DNA of 64,000 nucleotides from Amoebophrya sp. A120 (Eukaryota > Protista > Dinoflagellata), in the NCBI GenBank assembly GCA_905178155.1, contig CAJINV010000001.1, positions 6,295,860 through 6,359,859 on the forward strand, in the 5' to 3' direction. A program made the position numbers and the translations under genes. Below are positions 36,618 to 48,753 of this stretch, one piece after another (position 1 is the first letter of the stretch; each line of letters starts with the position of its first letter). Below the pieces are notes generated by a model. It saw only the letters and a list, made by a program, of their open reading frames with translations, was not told the origin of the DNA and did not search any database.

Positions 36618-39600
36618 ATGACGACCTTTTCAAATGCAACTAGAGATGCTGCCGGTCCAGGAGGACGAGGCGACGATCATCAGCCGCCCGCCTCTCTTCA
36701 TGTTAGGCACGCCTCGTCACAACCTCGCGATGTGGTTCCTGGTCAACAGCAGCAGCTACCAGATGAAGATCTTGTTCACATACATGATCCGCATCATCGC
36801 CTGAACAACCACAGCTCCCTCGTCTACACCGCGGCACCCTCGTTCGAGCGTGGTCAACCTCATCCCGAGTTTCGCGGTCCTTCTATTAATGCAGTCGATG
36901 TAGGCAGGCCCCGAGGACCACCTGGTTCCCTCGCCTGTGGTCCTCCACCCCACCAGTTTCAGAATGACGAGGACGAGCAGCGTTGCTACGATGATGATAC
37001 GGGGCGCCGGATTTACTTGTCCACGCAAGAAAGCGTGCTCCTACAACGGCACCACCAATCACCAGAAGCTGGTAGGGAGAGACGAACATCAACATTACCG
37101 GGTGCCTACGGTAGCCATTTGCATTTCGGTCAGCAGCTGCAAACCGGACAGCGGCCGCACATCGAAATACCTTCAAGAAGCCGAACATTAACAGACCACC
37201 TGTATTCCGGCCGAGGAGGTGGCGAAATCCAAGAAGAGCATTACGGGACGAGCTGCAGTGCTGGTCTCGCGCTGGGGTACGCCAGTTCGAGAAACCACTT
37301 AGTTCCCCCCTGCAGAACTGCCCACGTCGGGATGGATTGCGCGTCTGCGCGGCACCGTGACAATACCGATTTTGTGAGCGCAGGGCATGAAGACTGCAGC
37401 CGGTTGCTGCGTGGCCAGCAGGAGGAACACCGTCTGCTACTCAGTAGTAATCCAACACCGAACACACAGACAGCAACCCGATCGTCTCATGATCTTGTTC
37501 GTTCGCGCAACCAGGTGGCGCCAGATCATGAGCAGCATTATCGCTACCTGCGAAGACGGGATGGCCGGAGAGCTGAGTTAGAGCTTGCGAGGGAGCAATT
37601 ATTTCATCCGACGCAGCTGCTTATTCCATCAGTGTCCGGGACCAGGTCGTCAAGAGTAAGAGCCATCGACGACGATCATGTTCATGTATTAAAAAGCCCT
37701 CCCCAGCAGCAGCACTGCCGTCACTCTACTGACTATCGTTGCGGGCGTAGGAGCTTCTCACCCACGTTCAGCGCTGCACACGGACTCGGCCTTGGTGCTC
37801 GTGATTGCAGTAATTTCCCCAGTCGTTTAGTACGCCCGGGCCCGCCACAAATAACGGCATCATCTACTTCCCGTCCGCACCGCTACAATTATCAGTCATC
37901 GCACGGAGCTTCGAGCACGTCCGCACTCGCAAGCGGGCCCAGACAAGATCAGGCGTTGCCTCGTGAATCACATAGCACACCATACCAGGCATCAAACGCA
38001 TCGAATAGCACGCCATACCAGTCCTCCTCACTGTTATCACGGCGTCAAAATCCAAGGCCTGCTCCTCTTGTCGGCCACAATATTGAAAGAGTACTTGTTG
38101 ATGAAATTGGTGAAGATGAGAGATACCTCATGTTGCCTCGTCGGCTCGGACACGAAGTTCTGGAAGGCAACGTGTCTCGTTCGTTGTACGCAGAAAAAGC
38201 AGAAGTGGTGCAGCCGCAGGTGCAGTCTCGGTGGGAGGATCTCCAGGAAGCGGCGTCCGCGAGATGGCATATCAACGGTAACGGACAGCCTTTTCAGTAC
38301 GGCACTCACGGTCGCCGCTCGCACTCTTTGCAGCCGGACCAGCTTGCAGCTCAAGTCCCTCCTGCACCAGCTGAGCGTAACCATGGGCGACGTAATCTTG
38401 TTGCTGAGGAGGGCCCACGCTTCGTGCATGTTGACGATTTTCATGAAGGTGACCGCTTCCATGTTTTTCTTCAACAAGAAGATAAGCAAATTTCTGCGCC
38501 CGACCAGGTTGTACCAGTAGGAAGGAATAGCAGTGCCCTGCCTGTTTTCGCCGGGACCCGGGGTGGATGTCGCGGAGCAGTATGGGAACCTCCACAGCAA
38601 CCTCCTCCGTTCGTACATAATAATCTCGCCCACAGCGGTACTGCTATTGCCCAGCCCAGTTTAACATCGCGGCACCAACCATTCGGATACGAACCGCAGG
38701 CGGTGCCGGGCGCAGTCGACAATCGTAAGAACGAGACTACCGGAGAAAATGCGCAAAGGCAACGACAAAGCGAACGAGTAGGCAGTGTTGAATTCGCTCA
38801 CGCTCGTGTTGAAGAAGATGAAGATGCGGAGTGCCCAGACGAGTGTAGGTTCATACACATCAAGCAGCGCGAAGCCACCGATGGAATCGATTCGGGAGTG
38901 ATTGTGTCCGTAGGAAGGAGAAAGACAGACAAGTTCCTCCTTCATCCACGGTTCATGAACTTTTTGGAGGAAAAAAGTTTTGCGCCATACAATATTCTCC
39001 CTAACCCACCGACTCGTCAAGGATTCAGGCGATTGCTCCGCAATGAGGCAGCAGAATTCGAAGAAAAGGAGAACGAGAACCGAGGATGTGAGAAACACAA
39101 TAAAAGGCTTCTTGATAATCTGAATCTCGAGAAGCCCGACCACGACTCCACGGAAACGATCAATAACAGCAACAGGAAAGAGCAGGGAGCGAGGGCGGTT
39201 CCAGAAGCTGGTGAAGCTGAAATGAACAAGGAATCGAACGACCCTAATAACTTGCGAGGAAACATCAACTCCATTGGCATTGACCAGCTGCCGCAGCCAC
39301 TGGAGGGGCAGCAGAAGGAACAGTTCCAACGGCGGGAGGGAGCAGAACTACAAGAACAGCAAGTAGAACTAGAAGAACAGCAAGTAGAATTGAGAACAAG
39401 GAAGGACCAGGACCTGCAATATGAAGTGGGAGCGAAGATGGAGTTCGCTATGACGAAGAAGCTTGCTGCAAAAACCGAGGGGAACGCCTTCCTTCTGAAG
39501 TATCACTATTTCGATTGGAACCCCGTCTACGCGACCATGACTATGGACTCCTTCGATGAGACCGTTCTCGCCTGGTTGTTGCAGTGGCGAGCGTCCATTG

Positions 39601-40745
39601 AGGGTGGACAAGACTCGGGTGAGGAGACCGTCGGTACGGCGAAGCTAATTCTGAGCGAAGTGGAAAAGTCCCTAGCCGCGCTGCATGCACTCGACGTAGT
39701 TCATGGTGATGCTTACGTCAGAAATTTCGGTATAGTTTTGCTGCCGTTGCTTCGTGTCGTCGTGTACGACTTTGGGTGTTCTGAGCATCAGCGCCGAGCC
39801 AAAAAAGTTGGAAACGCTCTTCAAAGCAGTCGCTTAAGTTTAGGAATGATCGACGAGATTGAAAGGCGGAGACACGACGACAAGAACTCATCTGAAGACG
39901 CCGCTGGTGCTCCCTCGACGGATTTATTCCGCATCTGGAAAGATGCAGATTTGGCAGTTGCGCGTCAAGACTTCGAGAACTACTTCAGTCTTGCACTTGC
40001 TGCTGCTCAATCTCGGACTGTGGCAAACAAGAGCGACACGCATCCGTCGTTACCGCCTTCCATCCCTCCACTAGCCGATGCTGGGGGCGGGAATGGCAAG
40101 AATGGTGAGGCCGCCGCTGCTGGTAGCAGAAGCAGTGACCCGTCGCCACACGACCCAGACCTTCAGAAGGGCCCTTGTCCAGCAGGACGCGAGCAAGCAC
40201 AAAGAGTCAGGGAGGATCAAACTCGGGGTGTGCGGGCTGCCCTGCTAGGTGCTGGCGCAAGCAGCAATGGGGCGACGGCACACTCGCACAGTTCGCCAGT
40301 TCGCGTGACAACTCCTCGAAATTTGAAGACCACCCTAAGTGAGCGCACCAAAAGCCGATCGCCGCGACGACGAAGCAAGCGGGAATCCCACCACGAAGAC
40401 GAAGCTGTGCCTCTTTCTCCAAAGCGATCACGGAACGAGAATCACTGCTCTGGCCCCATAATTGTTCAGGGTCAAAAACCTTTGGCGGCCCCTTCTTCAC
40501 CAGAAGAACTTCAACAACGTTACGACGATGATGATGAGGAGAAGGCCGGTCCAGGCACGAGGAGGAACTACGAGCGCGGCATTGCCAAGGCAAGAGCAAA
40601 AGCAGCAGCTGAGAAACAGAGACGCGAACGGAACCTCCTGCGCGGTAAGCAGAAAAGCAACAAGGACGAAGGGAGAAAAACGTCGTCGCAGCAACACCAA
40701 CACGCTGGACCACCTGCCGCGGATGTTGCGAGCACCAATGCATGA
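36618..40745 (+). CDS. Large intronless low-complexity protein with an atypical protein-kinase-like domain
   Basis: Open frame of ~1375 codons; LAALHALDVVHGDAYVRNF (catalytic-loop-like HxD...N) and VVYDFG; disordered Q/H/S/R-rich N- and C-terminal regions. Confidence 0.7.
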   Translation: MTTFSNATRDAAGPGGRGDDHQPPASLHVRHASSQPRDVVPGQQQQLPDEDLVHIHDPHHRLNNHSSLVYTAAPSFERGQPHPEFRGPSINAVDVGRPRGPPGSLACGPPPHQFQNDEDEQRCYDDDTGRRIYLSTQESVLLQRHHQSPEAGRERRTSTLPGAYGSHLHFGQQLQTGQRPHIEIPSRSRTLTDHLYSGRGGGEIQEEHYGTSCSAGLALGYASSRNHLVPPCRTAHVGMDCASARHRDNTDFVSAGHEDCSRLLRGQQEEHRLLLSSNPTPNTQTATRSSHDLVRSRNQVAPDHEQHYRYLRRRDGRRAELELAREQLFHPTQLLIPSVSGTRSSRVRAIDDDHVHVLKSPPQQQHCRHSTDYRCGRRSFSPTFSAAHGLGLGARDCSNFPSRLVRPGPPQITASSTSRPHRYNYQSSHGASSTSALASGPRQDQALPRESHSTPYQASNASNSTPYQSSSLLSRRQNPRPAPLVGHNIERVLVDEIGEDERYLMLPRRLGHEVLEGNVSRSLYAEKAEVVQPQVQSRWEDLQEAASARWHINGNGQPFQYGTHGRRSHSLQPDQLAAQVPPAPAERNHGRRNLVAEEGPRFVHVDDFHEGDRFHVFLQQEDKQISAPDQVVPVGRNSSALPVFAGTRGGCRGAVWEPPQQPPPFVHNNLAHSGTAIAQPSLTSRHQPFGYEPQAVPGAVDNRKNETTGENAQRQRQSERVGSVEFAHARVEEDEDAECPDECRFIHIKQREATDGIDSGVIVSVGRRKTDKFLLHPRFMNFLEEKSFAPYNILPNPPTRQGFRRLLRNEAAEFEEKENENRGCEKHNKRLLDNLNLEKPDHDSTETINNSNRKEQGARAVPEAGEAEMNKESNDPNNLRGNINSIGIDQLPQPLEGQQKEQFQRREGAELQEQQVELEEQQVELRTRKDQDLQYEVGAKMEFAMTKKLAAKTEGNAFLLKYHYFDWNPVYATMTMDSFDETVLAWLLQWRASIEGGQDSGEETVGTAKLILSEVEKSLAALHALDVVHGDAYVRNFGIVLLPLLRVVVYDFGCSEHQRRAKKVGNALQSSRLSLGMIDEIERRRHDDKNSSEDAAGAPSTDLFRIWKDADLAVARQDFENYFSLALAAAQSRTVANKSDTHPSLPPSIPPLADAGGGNGKNGEAAAAGSRSSDPSPHDPDLQKGPCPAGREQAQRVREDQTRGVRAALLGAGASSNGATAHSHSSPVRVTTPRNLKTTLSERTKSRSPRRRSKRESHHEDEAVPLSPKRSRNENHCSGPIIVQGQKPLAAPSSPEELQQRYDDDDEEKAGPGTRRNYERGIAKARAKAAAEKQRRERNLLRGKQKSNKDEGRKTSSQQHQHAGPPAADVASTNA

Positions 40746-41724
40746 CGTCATTAGTTATGTTGCAGATGCAGAACCATTAGCGTGCCATAGAGCAATCAGG
40801 GCCAGCGTCACAACCTCGGAGCTTCTACGTGATGCGTCTGCAGCCAGAAGGTGTAAGCGCGTTCTTAAACTACTGTTAGTTATTGTTAGTCTTATGACTA
40901 AGTCGTGCCACTGGCACTGCCACTCGAAGTGGTATGAAAATGAACGGCTAGAAGTGGGGCTGCAGTGCACTCGCTCTTCTACACGAGAAGTATGAACAAG
41001 ATGAAGATGAGGGATATTAGCACGGTCGAGCACAGCTATTTGGGTTTAGAAGCGAAAGCTGAAGTTAGAAACGAATCGACGCGCGGTTTACTTTTATAAA
41101 GATAACAAAAAGTCTAAGTCTTGACTAAGACTCCCATTGGATTTGGAAATGAACATCTACCTATGCAAGGATACCTACATCAGCTTGCACTAGATTCGTT
41201 GGCAAAAAAAAAAGACTAACACTAAGATTGTACTTATTTGCTTTGAGTAAGCTGTCTCTCTCTCCAGCTCCACCCGCACCGTAAGCCCTGCCGAGAATAA
41301 GAACGAGAAGGACAATCTTAAATGAGTGAATTATGACTGAGGCGAGAAAACAGGAACAATTGATGATGACAAGGCGGGTACGGAAAAGGATATGGGTGTC
41401 AAACTCACACGATGCTGATAGACAGATGCATTGTGCGATCACTCGGACTCGGCATTGGCATTGGAAGCATCAATGTTGCTGACTCAGACACGAAGGATGC
41501 TTCGAGATCTCGTGCGTTGGCTTCAGGATTTGAACTCTTCGAACGAAAGTATATAACGACCTCGTTGGAGAATAGGAATACAGGAGGTGTTGACACGCGC
41601 GTGTCTTTGCAAGATATCGCGCACCATTCAGTGTTCGTTTCTCGAATTGACGCACCTACTTGCTGTCGTAGTAAGAATAGTGTGGCCCCCGTCCTTTTCT
41701 GCATAATAAATTCGAAAGTAAATA

Positions 41725-42012
41725 AGGACATCCTCGTCTTTCGAGTTTATGCAACAGAACTCGGCGCCCACGGACTTTTTCGCGTCAGGCGGACTCGATA
41801 AAAATAAAATTTTGAAATTTCGCGGATTTGAAAACTTTTTGGCGTTTTTCCCGAGGTTGTGCTGGTTTTTTGCACGTCCGCCACCGTCTGCTGCATGATC
41901 TCGAAAGGAAAGGACATCCTCTTTCGAGTTTATGCAACAGAACTCGGCGCCCGCGGACTTTTTCGCGTCGGGCGGACGCGATAAAAATAAAATTTTGAAA
42001 TTTCGCGGATTT
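41725..42012. repeat. ~105-bp direct repeat pair (41725-41829 and 41911-42012)
   Basis: aggacatcctc...gagtttatgcaacagaactcggcgccc...aaaattttgaaatttcgcggattt present twice. Confidence 0.9.
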
Positions 42013-42029
42013 TGAAATCGCCGAGGCGC

Positions 42030-44760
42030 AGGAGCGGCCGGCGGAGGGGCGAGCTCTCGTTTCGTTTCGTGTTGTCTTCGGCGGGTCGGCCTCACGAGTG
42101 CCCGTTTGAGCGACATTATTTTCAGTTCTTTTTCTTTGACTTTTACCCGCAGCACGATGTCAGAGGGGAAACAGGTTCCATTATGGCGTGAAACGAATAA
42201 CGACATTAGAGTTCAAAAGAATCGCGACCGGCAATGAGTACTTATCATCCAGATTATCCTGGCTCCCAGAAAGAATTCAAGATAAATTCCTGGAGGAAAG
42301 AGTGGAGATGTTTTTGAGGGATGAGAGTGGACTTCTTAAGCAACTTGACGTGGGAGAGCGCAGAAAATTGCCACGAGTACTTGCGAAAATGAAATCGATG
42401 TAGACGTTGCTCTGCCTCTCGCACTACGAGAACGAATTCGATTTGAGTGCCGTGCTTGCAACAATGACGATGGACGCACGGCGCGGCGGCCGTGGCGTGG
42501 TTCCAAAACCGCGCAAGTTCGGAGAAGGGAAATGGTGTCGACAGTGTTCGCATTGCTGAGAAGGCAGATACCTACGGGGCGAAGAGGGAGGGTTGGTCGC
42601 GCGCCGCAGTGCGCGCCCCGGAATGAAATTAATAGCGCATGGCGCTGCAACATACTGCCGCAATTTCGCCACTTTGTTCGAGCCGATGCGCCGGCGCGTT
42701 GTCGTTTACGACTTCGGTTGCTCGCCCCAGCGCCGCGCGCCGCCTTCCTACTACTGCCCTCCCCGCCTTTGCCGGCGGGCGCCGCCAGGCAATGAATACC
42801 CGCGGCCGCCGGTCCGCCGCGCCTTCGCAGCGGGCCGCGGGCCCTCCGCCCTGCCCGGCGGCCGGCGCCCCCCGCGGCCGCCCCGTTCCCGCGCGTCCCG
42901 CCCCGTGGCCCCGCCGCCTGGCCCCTTCGGTCCGACCGGCGCTGGCAGGCAGGCTCAGCGGGTCGCAGTGGGCTCCTCCGCACGTTCCCCCGGCGGGTTT
43001 ATCGCGAGATGCGTTGCCGGCGCGCGGGCGAGCTAGCTTCGGCCAGCCGGGGGGCCCCTCGGTGAGTTTGTCCCGCTCGCGGCCGGGTGAGGCTTTGCTT
43101 GGCAGGCGCCGGAATTGTCTGGGCGGCCCTTCTTTGGGTAGCGCGCCCAGAATTCGGGGTTGTCTGGGAATTTTGGCTTCCATTCTTGCTGTCGTGATGA
43201 AAGGCCGCGATAAAAGACACGGGCTACGCTCGGAGTTCGTTGTGTTCTGGTTGCAGAAGCAAGCGGAAAAAACCAAGGATCAGGATACCCAATCAGCGAA
43301 GTTGCGCCAAGTGTTGGCGTTGAGAGAGTGGCTCCGGAGTCGCGTCAAGCGTTGCTCGGCTCGTCTAACAAGAACCTTATATCGACCAAGGAGCGGCGTT
43401 ACGTGCGCAGTCTGATTTTGGTTTTTGACTTTGTGGTGCTTTGCCGCTCTTCGTCTCTTTTGTGTCTGTTTGAGTGGCATTCCCGTTTCGTGTTTTCGGC
43501 TGGTCGGCCACTTGAGTGCCAGTATGTCAGAGGGACAGAAGTGAGCTTCAGAAGTTTATTTTCGTTTGCCCGCAGCGTGATGTCGCTGCACCTGTTCCGA
43601 GGAGATGAAAATCATTGATTGTAACCGTTCTCCGCGTGGAGATCAAGTAGAATCTGACCAGCGTCCCGATGTTGAAGCATCTGCCCCTGGCGCACAGGCA
43701 ACGCAGGAAGAAAATATGATAATGACCGGCGTCGAACAGGGGCAGCGTGAAGAGGGAGAGGGGGACCGTTCCCCCGCGCGGGCGCCCTTATCCCCGCTTC
43801 GCCGAGTTGCAAAGCAGGGCAACAAGCAGACGCGGCTTATAATCGGGGCCGGTGATGGAGATGGCGAGGCCCGCACACCCGGAGCGCGCGGGCCCGCCTC
43901 GGAGGCAGGCGAGCGCTGAAACCAGACGAGCGCTGCTAGTGGGCCGCGGGCGGGCCCGCAGCCGGCAGCCTGCTCCGTGGCGGGGCGCCTATTGCAGGAG
44001 AGCCGGCCCCCCCGTGTGGCCGCCCCGCTCGCGCCCCCCCCCCGCCGCGTGCGGGCTAGCACAGTGGGCGCAGGCGCCGTTGGGGGACGCAGTGCATGCG
44101 CTCTTTTTTTCCGCCCACTGGCCTCATTCCATACGCGCCGTTTTTGGGCGAATTTCTTTCCATCCTCGCTCGGCCCGCCAACGGGGGCCGCATGCGGGCT
44201 CCGCTGGCTTGCGGCCAGCGAGGCTTTGGCGCCGGCAGTGCCTCGGCGGCCGGCCCTTCCATGGGTAGCGCGCCCGGAATAGGAGGCTGGTCGAAAGTTA
44301 TAGCCTATAATGTATATTCATGTTGTCGTGGAATGCCGCAACCAAACGCACAGGCAACGCTAGAAGTTGCGCTCTGTTGGCCGGAGAGAAATCAAGGAAC
44401 GGGATTGCCAATGAACTAAGCTGCGACAAGTCGACGTGGTGGCGCCGGGCGCTTGACTCCGGAGTCTGGTGCCGTGTTCGGCTCTAGCGAAGAGCCCCAT
44501 GTCCATGTCTACCGAGGAGCGGCGCCACGTGTGGAGCCTGTTAGTTTGTGGCCTTTGTCGCACATCATCAGGGTTGATTTAGTTGCATGCCCCTCCCTTC
44601 GTTCCTTTTGTGTTCGGGCAGCTTATTCTTTATTCAGTTTTGCACTTCTGGTTGGTCGGCCACTTGGGTGCCAGTATGCATGGATGAGCGTCGACAGAAG
44701 CAAGTGAGCTCCGCTTCGTTTTCGTTTACCCGCAGCGCGATGTCGCTGCACCTGTTCCGT
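42030..44760 (+). repeat. Triplicated gene-start module (ggtcggcc...gtgcc; pyrimidine tract; cccgcagc..gATGtc) with ATGs at 42157, 43580 and 44740
   Basis: Motifs recur at ~42083, ~43502 and ~44654; atgtcgctgcacctgttccg is identical at 43580 and 44740. Confidence 0.85.
42157..42800 (+). pseudogene. Frameshifted relic paralogue of the kinase-like domain of 36618-40745
   Basis: Colinear fragments DKFLEERVEMFL (vs DKFLLHPRFMNFL), FDLSAVLATMTMDA (vs FDWNPVYATMTMDS) and HGAATYCRNF...RVVVYDFGCS.QRRA (vs HGDAYVRNF...RVVVYDFGCSEHQRRA), broken by stops and frameshifts. Confidence 0.8.
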
Positions 44761-47752
44761 CCGCGGAAGCGGGCATCACCATGGCCGAGCAAGCATGTCT
44801 CTCTGCTTCGTCTCTTCTTGCTTCCGGTGTCATGGTTGCCTGCCAGCCTGCTCCCGGTCGGGACCCGTGCGAAGCTCGCAACTCGCGCTGAAGGCAAGCA
44901 GCGAGCGATCACTAAGATCGTGAAGTTGTTGGAAAAGATGGAGGACCAACTGGAGAAGGACCAAGACGCCGACGACGACGCGAAGACGAAGATGGACTGC
45001 TGGTGCAAGAACAACGCGCTGGAGAAGACCGACGCGGTGAAGCAGAAGGAGGCGGAGATTCGGCAGTTGAACAGCGAGATCGCGGCGCAGGGAGCGGAGG
45101 CGGCCCGGCTCAAGCTATCTTTGGAGCAACTGGAGAAGGATCTCGCCGAGAACGCGCAGGAAATCGTCGAGGCGGAGGAGCGGCGGGAGCGCGAACACGA
45201 GGAAAACCAGAAGGCCATCCTGGAGCTGACCGAGTCCGTCGGCCAAATTAACTCCGCAATCGTCGTGCTGCGTAAAAACACCGACTCGGCCCGCGCGGGC
45301 GCGGTGCTGATGAAGTTGAAGAGCAAGGTGCAGGCTGGCGGTCAGGCCAGCTTGCTATCCGCGGCTCTACGCGAGAAATTGTTCGGGCTAAACCAACTTT
45401 CAGCTACAGCTTCTACATCCGAACAGAAGATTTCTGCGAATTACAAAGCAACCGCCACTTCTCCTCCTTCGAAGGGGGCCAGTTTTCTGCAGGCAGACCA
45501 GACGGAGCAGCAGACGCCACTAGACACCACCTCCGTGGTAAGCATGCTGACGGAGATGCAGGTGACGTTCCAGGCTAACCTGCAAGAGACCGAGCAGCGA
45601 GAGGAACAGGCAGTGACCGCGTACCTGCAGTTACGCGAGGATCGGAGCCAGCAGGCGGAGCGCATGCGCGAGCAGCGCACGACCAAGCACGAGGCGCTTG
45701 CGCGGGCGGTCGAGGCGGAAGCGGACGCGAAGGTCGCCCTGTCCGAGGCCGAAGAGATGCTGGACTCACTGGACGGCTGGATCAGCGAGGCACGGAAAAT
45801 TTGCGCGGAAGCCGAAGACATGTACGCAGTCCGAACGAAAGAGCGCTCGGAGGAACGGAAAGCACTCGGGGAAGCTGTTGGGGTACAGAAATTCTGTTTG
45901 TTTCAGACGAGGCACTTCTCTTTTTTTTGTTTGTGCATGATCAGCCAGCGTCTCCGTCTTGTTCATCACATTCACTACAAGTTCACGCACAGCTCCTCCA
46001 GAAAGTTGACTGGAACATGCGCGCCAGCAACAAGGTTTTTGTTTCTGAAATCTACTTCATCTACTGACAAAGATCACCCTTGTTTTGCATTCGCTTTACA
46101 TGCCATGGAATACGTTTATGTTATCGTTAGTATGAAACTACTTCAACATGATATACCACCAGATCCTCGCATCCGATGAAGCCCGGGACGCGTTCAAGAA
46201 GGTGCAGCCACTGGAAGGAACCTCCGGCGCGGCAACGAGCTTTTTGCAGTTGGGTGTTTGGCGGTCGCCGGCCATGTCGTTGATTACCTCCGCGTCGGTG
46301 CAGATGGAGCGCTTGTTCCGCCCGATTTTCGAGCTGGACACCAACGGGCGCAGAAAGCAACTGGCGGTGGAACTGCTTCAGGCGGCCAAAATCAAGAAGG
46401 AACAACTGCGGCAGACTCCGAGCGGCGAGCGCACCGGAAAAGCGCTGGACAGTGTGGTGGAGCGGATTCTCGGCTTGATTGCCGACCTCAAATCCGAGAA
46501 CCGCGAGGAGCAAATCGAGAAGGCGCGGTGCCAGAAGAGCATGCACGACCACAGTCTGGAGGACCAGCGACTGAGCAACGAGGTCCAGAAGACCGAGACC
46601 GAGGAGGGGCTGTTGCAGGGCAAGTTGGAAGGGCTCGAAAAAGACGAGGAGCAGGCGAAGGAGGAGAAGAAGGACCTGGAAAAGCAGATGGCCAAGGCCG
46701 AGAAAAACCACGAAGCGGAAAAAGCGGATCTGGAAACGCAGATTGGCGACCAGATCGCTGTGCAAAAACTGCTGATCCGCGCTTTGCGGGCTCTTCAAGC
46801 CTTCTACGACAAGAAAGCCAGCGCCGACGAACTGGAGGAAACGATGGGAGACGATAGTAGTGCCGCGACCACCACCGTTCCTGCGACTTTGTTCGTCCAG
46901 AAAACATCAAGCGGCGTCAGTGCCGCGACTGCCCTCCGGCGCTTTAGGCAGGACCCACCCCCGCCACAATTCCAGGCGTATGAAGCACACGACTACCGCC
47001 ACGGGGTCTTGCAGATGCTCGAAAACGTCAAAAACGAGGCTGTTGTATCAAAATGAAATGTGTTTGTTGATGTCGATGTAGAATTTTATTTTACAACAGT
47101 GGTGCCTTTCGGCAGATAGAGCAAGGGCGTAGCAAAAATGAGGATGAAGTTGTACTTAGGCCGTCTAGGCAGCATTTCGAGAACAATTAAGGTACTACAT
47201 AGTTTTCTCGGTCCAAAGGGTATCAGCAAAGCCACCAGAGCGAAACGAACTGAAGATCAAAGATCTTTCAAAACATGATCTCCGAACTCATTAGACGTCC
47301 CAAATCAACGTCAACCTGATGTTCTTGTGTCAGCACAAAAGATCCTACAGCATCAAGAACCCCTTTCCTTTGCATAGCACAGTGCCCAGCAGCAGTTGGA
47401 GCGGTCTATGTCGGAAGCGATCGCGAACTACGGCGCATTGGTGTCGGAGAACACCAAAACGATGGAGGCACTGCAAACGAAGCTGGCCGACCTGGACGCG
47501 GAGCAGGCAGCGACCACGAAAGACCTGTCGGCAACACAGGAGGAGCTGAAGAACTTGAAGGCCGAACACTACACACTGACGGAAGCCATGGCAGGGGAGC
47601 GGAAACTGTGTCTGCCCGTCCTCGAGAAGTTCGCGCAAAACCAGGAGGCGCGCACGCGCGAAGCAGAGGCGCTGAACGAAGCCATCGCTATCCTCAAGGG
47701 TGCCGACATCGACTCAGGTGAATTCGCGGAAAAAACTCTCGGGAACCCGTGA
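44740..47752 (+). CDS. Secreted-type coiled-coil protein of the dinoflagellate 'SFLQ' family; 3 exons (introns 45883-46162, 47045-47377)
   Basis: Hydrophobic N-terminus, ITKIVKLLEKM...MDCWCK, long heptads, ASFLQ/TSFLQ motifs, C-terminal EALNEAIAILKG; in-frame GT-AG joins AVG|ILAS and EAV|HSAQ. Confidence 0.8.
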
Positions 47753-48753
47753 TTGAAAAGCGGAGGATTAATGTTTCATCCAGCATTGTGACGGACGAAC
47801 ACAGGTCGACACAGTTCTAGTTGCGCTTTTTTTTCCTGAAACTTCTTCATTCGTCGACGCAAAATGAAGGGGGAAACACAGTCAGATTCCATCTAATTGC
47901 AGGGAAAACTTTTGTGTCCGTACTGGCGCCGGTGAAGCGAGGACAATAGCGAGGTATTTTATGTATGATGCTGGCGAGCAAAATGCCCATGCCACGGGCG
48001 ACGTTTACTAAACCTCGTTCAAGAACATTGTACCCAGTGACAGGAGCTGGATCTGCACGTAGAAAATGCTGACCCTGCCTGAAGCTTTTTTTCTTTTCTA
48101 TCACTTTGCATCTGAGTGAAGGTGAACAGCACAGCAAAACCAAATTGAAATTCTTTCGACTTTCGCTAATATGTTGGAAGCGGCGAAAGATAACGACCAA
48201 GTGACGCGGAGTGTTCAACATGCAATCATCCCCGTTTTCTCTTTCGAGAACATTTTTCTAAGTAATTGACTCTGGTGACTACAAATAAACAGCGTCTTTT
48301 GAAGTAGCGAAGCGACGCGGTCGTAAAACTCAAAGTCGTGCTTATGTTGAGAGGATAGAACAGAACTACTGGACAGAAGCAGAACTACCATCGTGCAGAA
48401 CCGCACGCGCAATTGCAATTGCATCAAATGCTGTATGGCAAGTCATCAGTCGGGCAACCACCAACACGAACGTCTCCTCACGGCGGGGCTCGTGCTTCTA
48501 TCTTCGGAATATCACAAGCTGAATTGCGAAAAATCAATACTTCCTTCTACAACAGTCTTGGTTGAAGAATACTAGAACATCATGCCCACAATCAATAAGG
48601 CTCTGCTCCTGATGTGCGGCTAGGTGGGTAGAGGAAAAACAGACAGTTTAGCTACGCCATGACGACGACGAGAGACCTAGTAAAGCTAAACTAAATAAAA
48701 CTCTAATTTTGTACAGCAACTGTAACTGACACGAATTCTCAAAATCATTCAAA

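Noticed and set aside
35137-42012. Direct repeats considered as CRISPR arrays or LTRs
   Set aside because: Only two copies each, no repeat-spacer periodicity, no cas or gag-pol ORFs, and a eukaryotic context.
42336-44419. Many overlapping R/A/P/G-rich ORFs on both strands (also 26320-29675)
   Set aside because: A by-product of stop-codon depletion in GC-saturated sequence.
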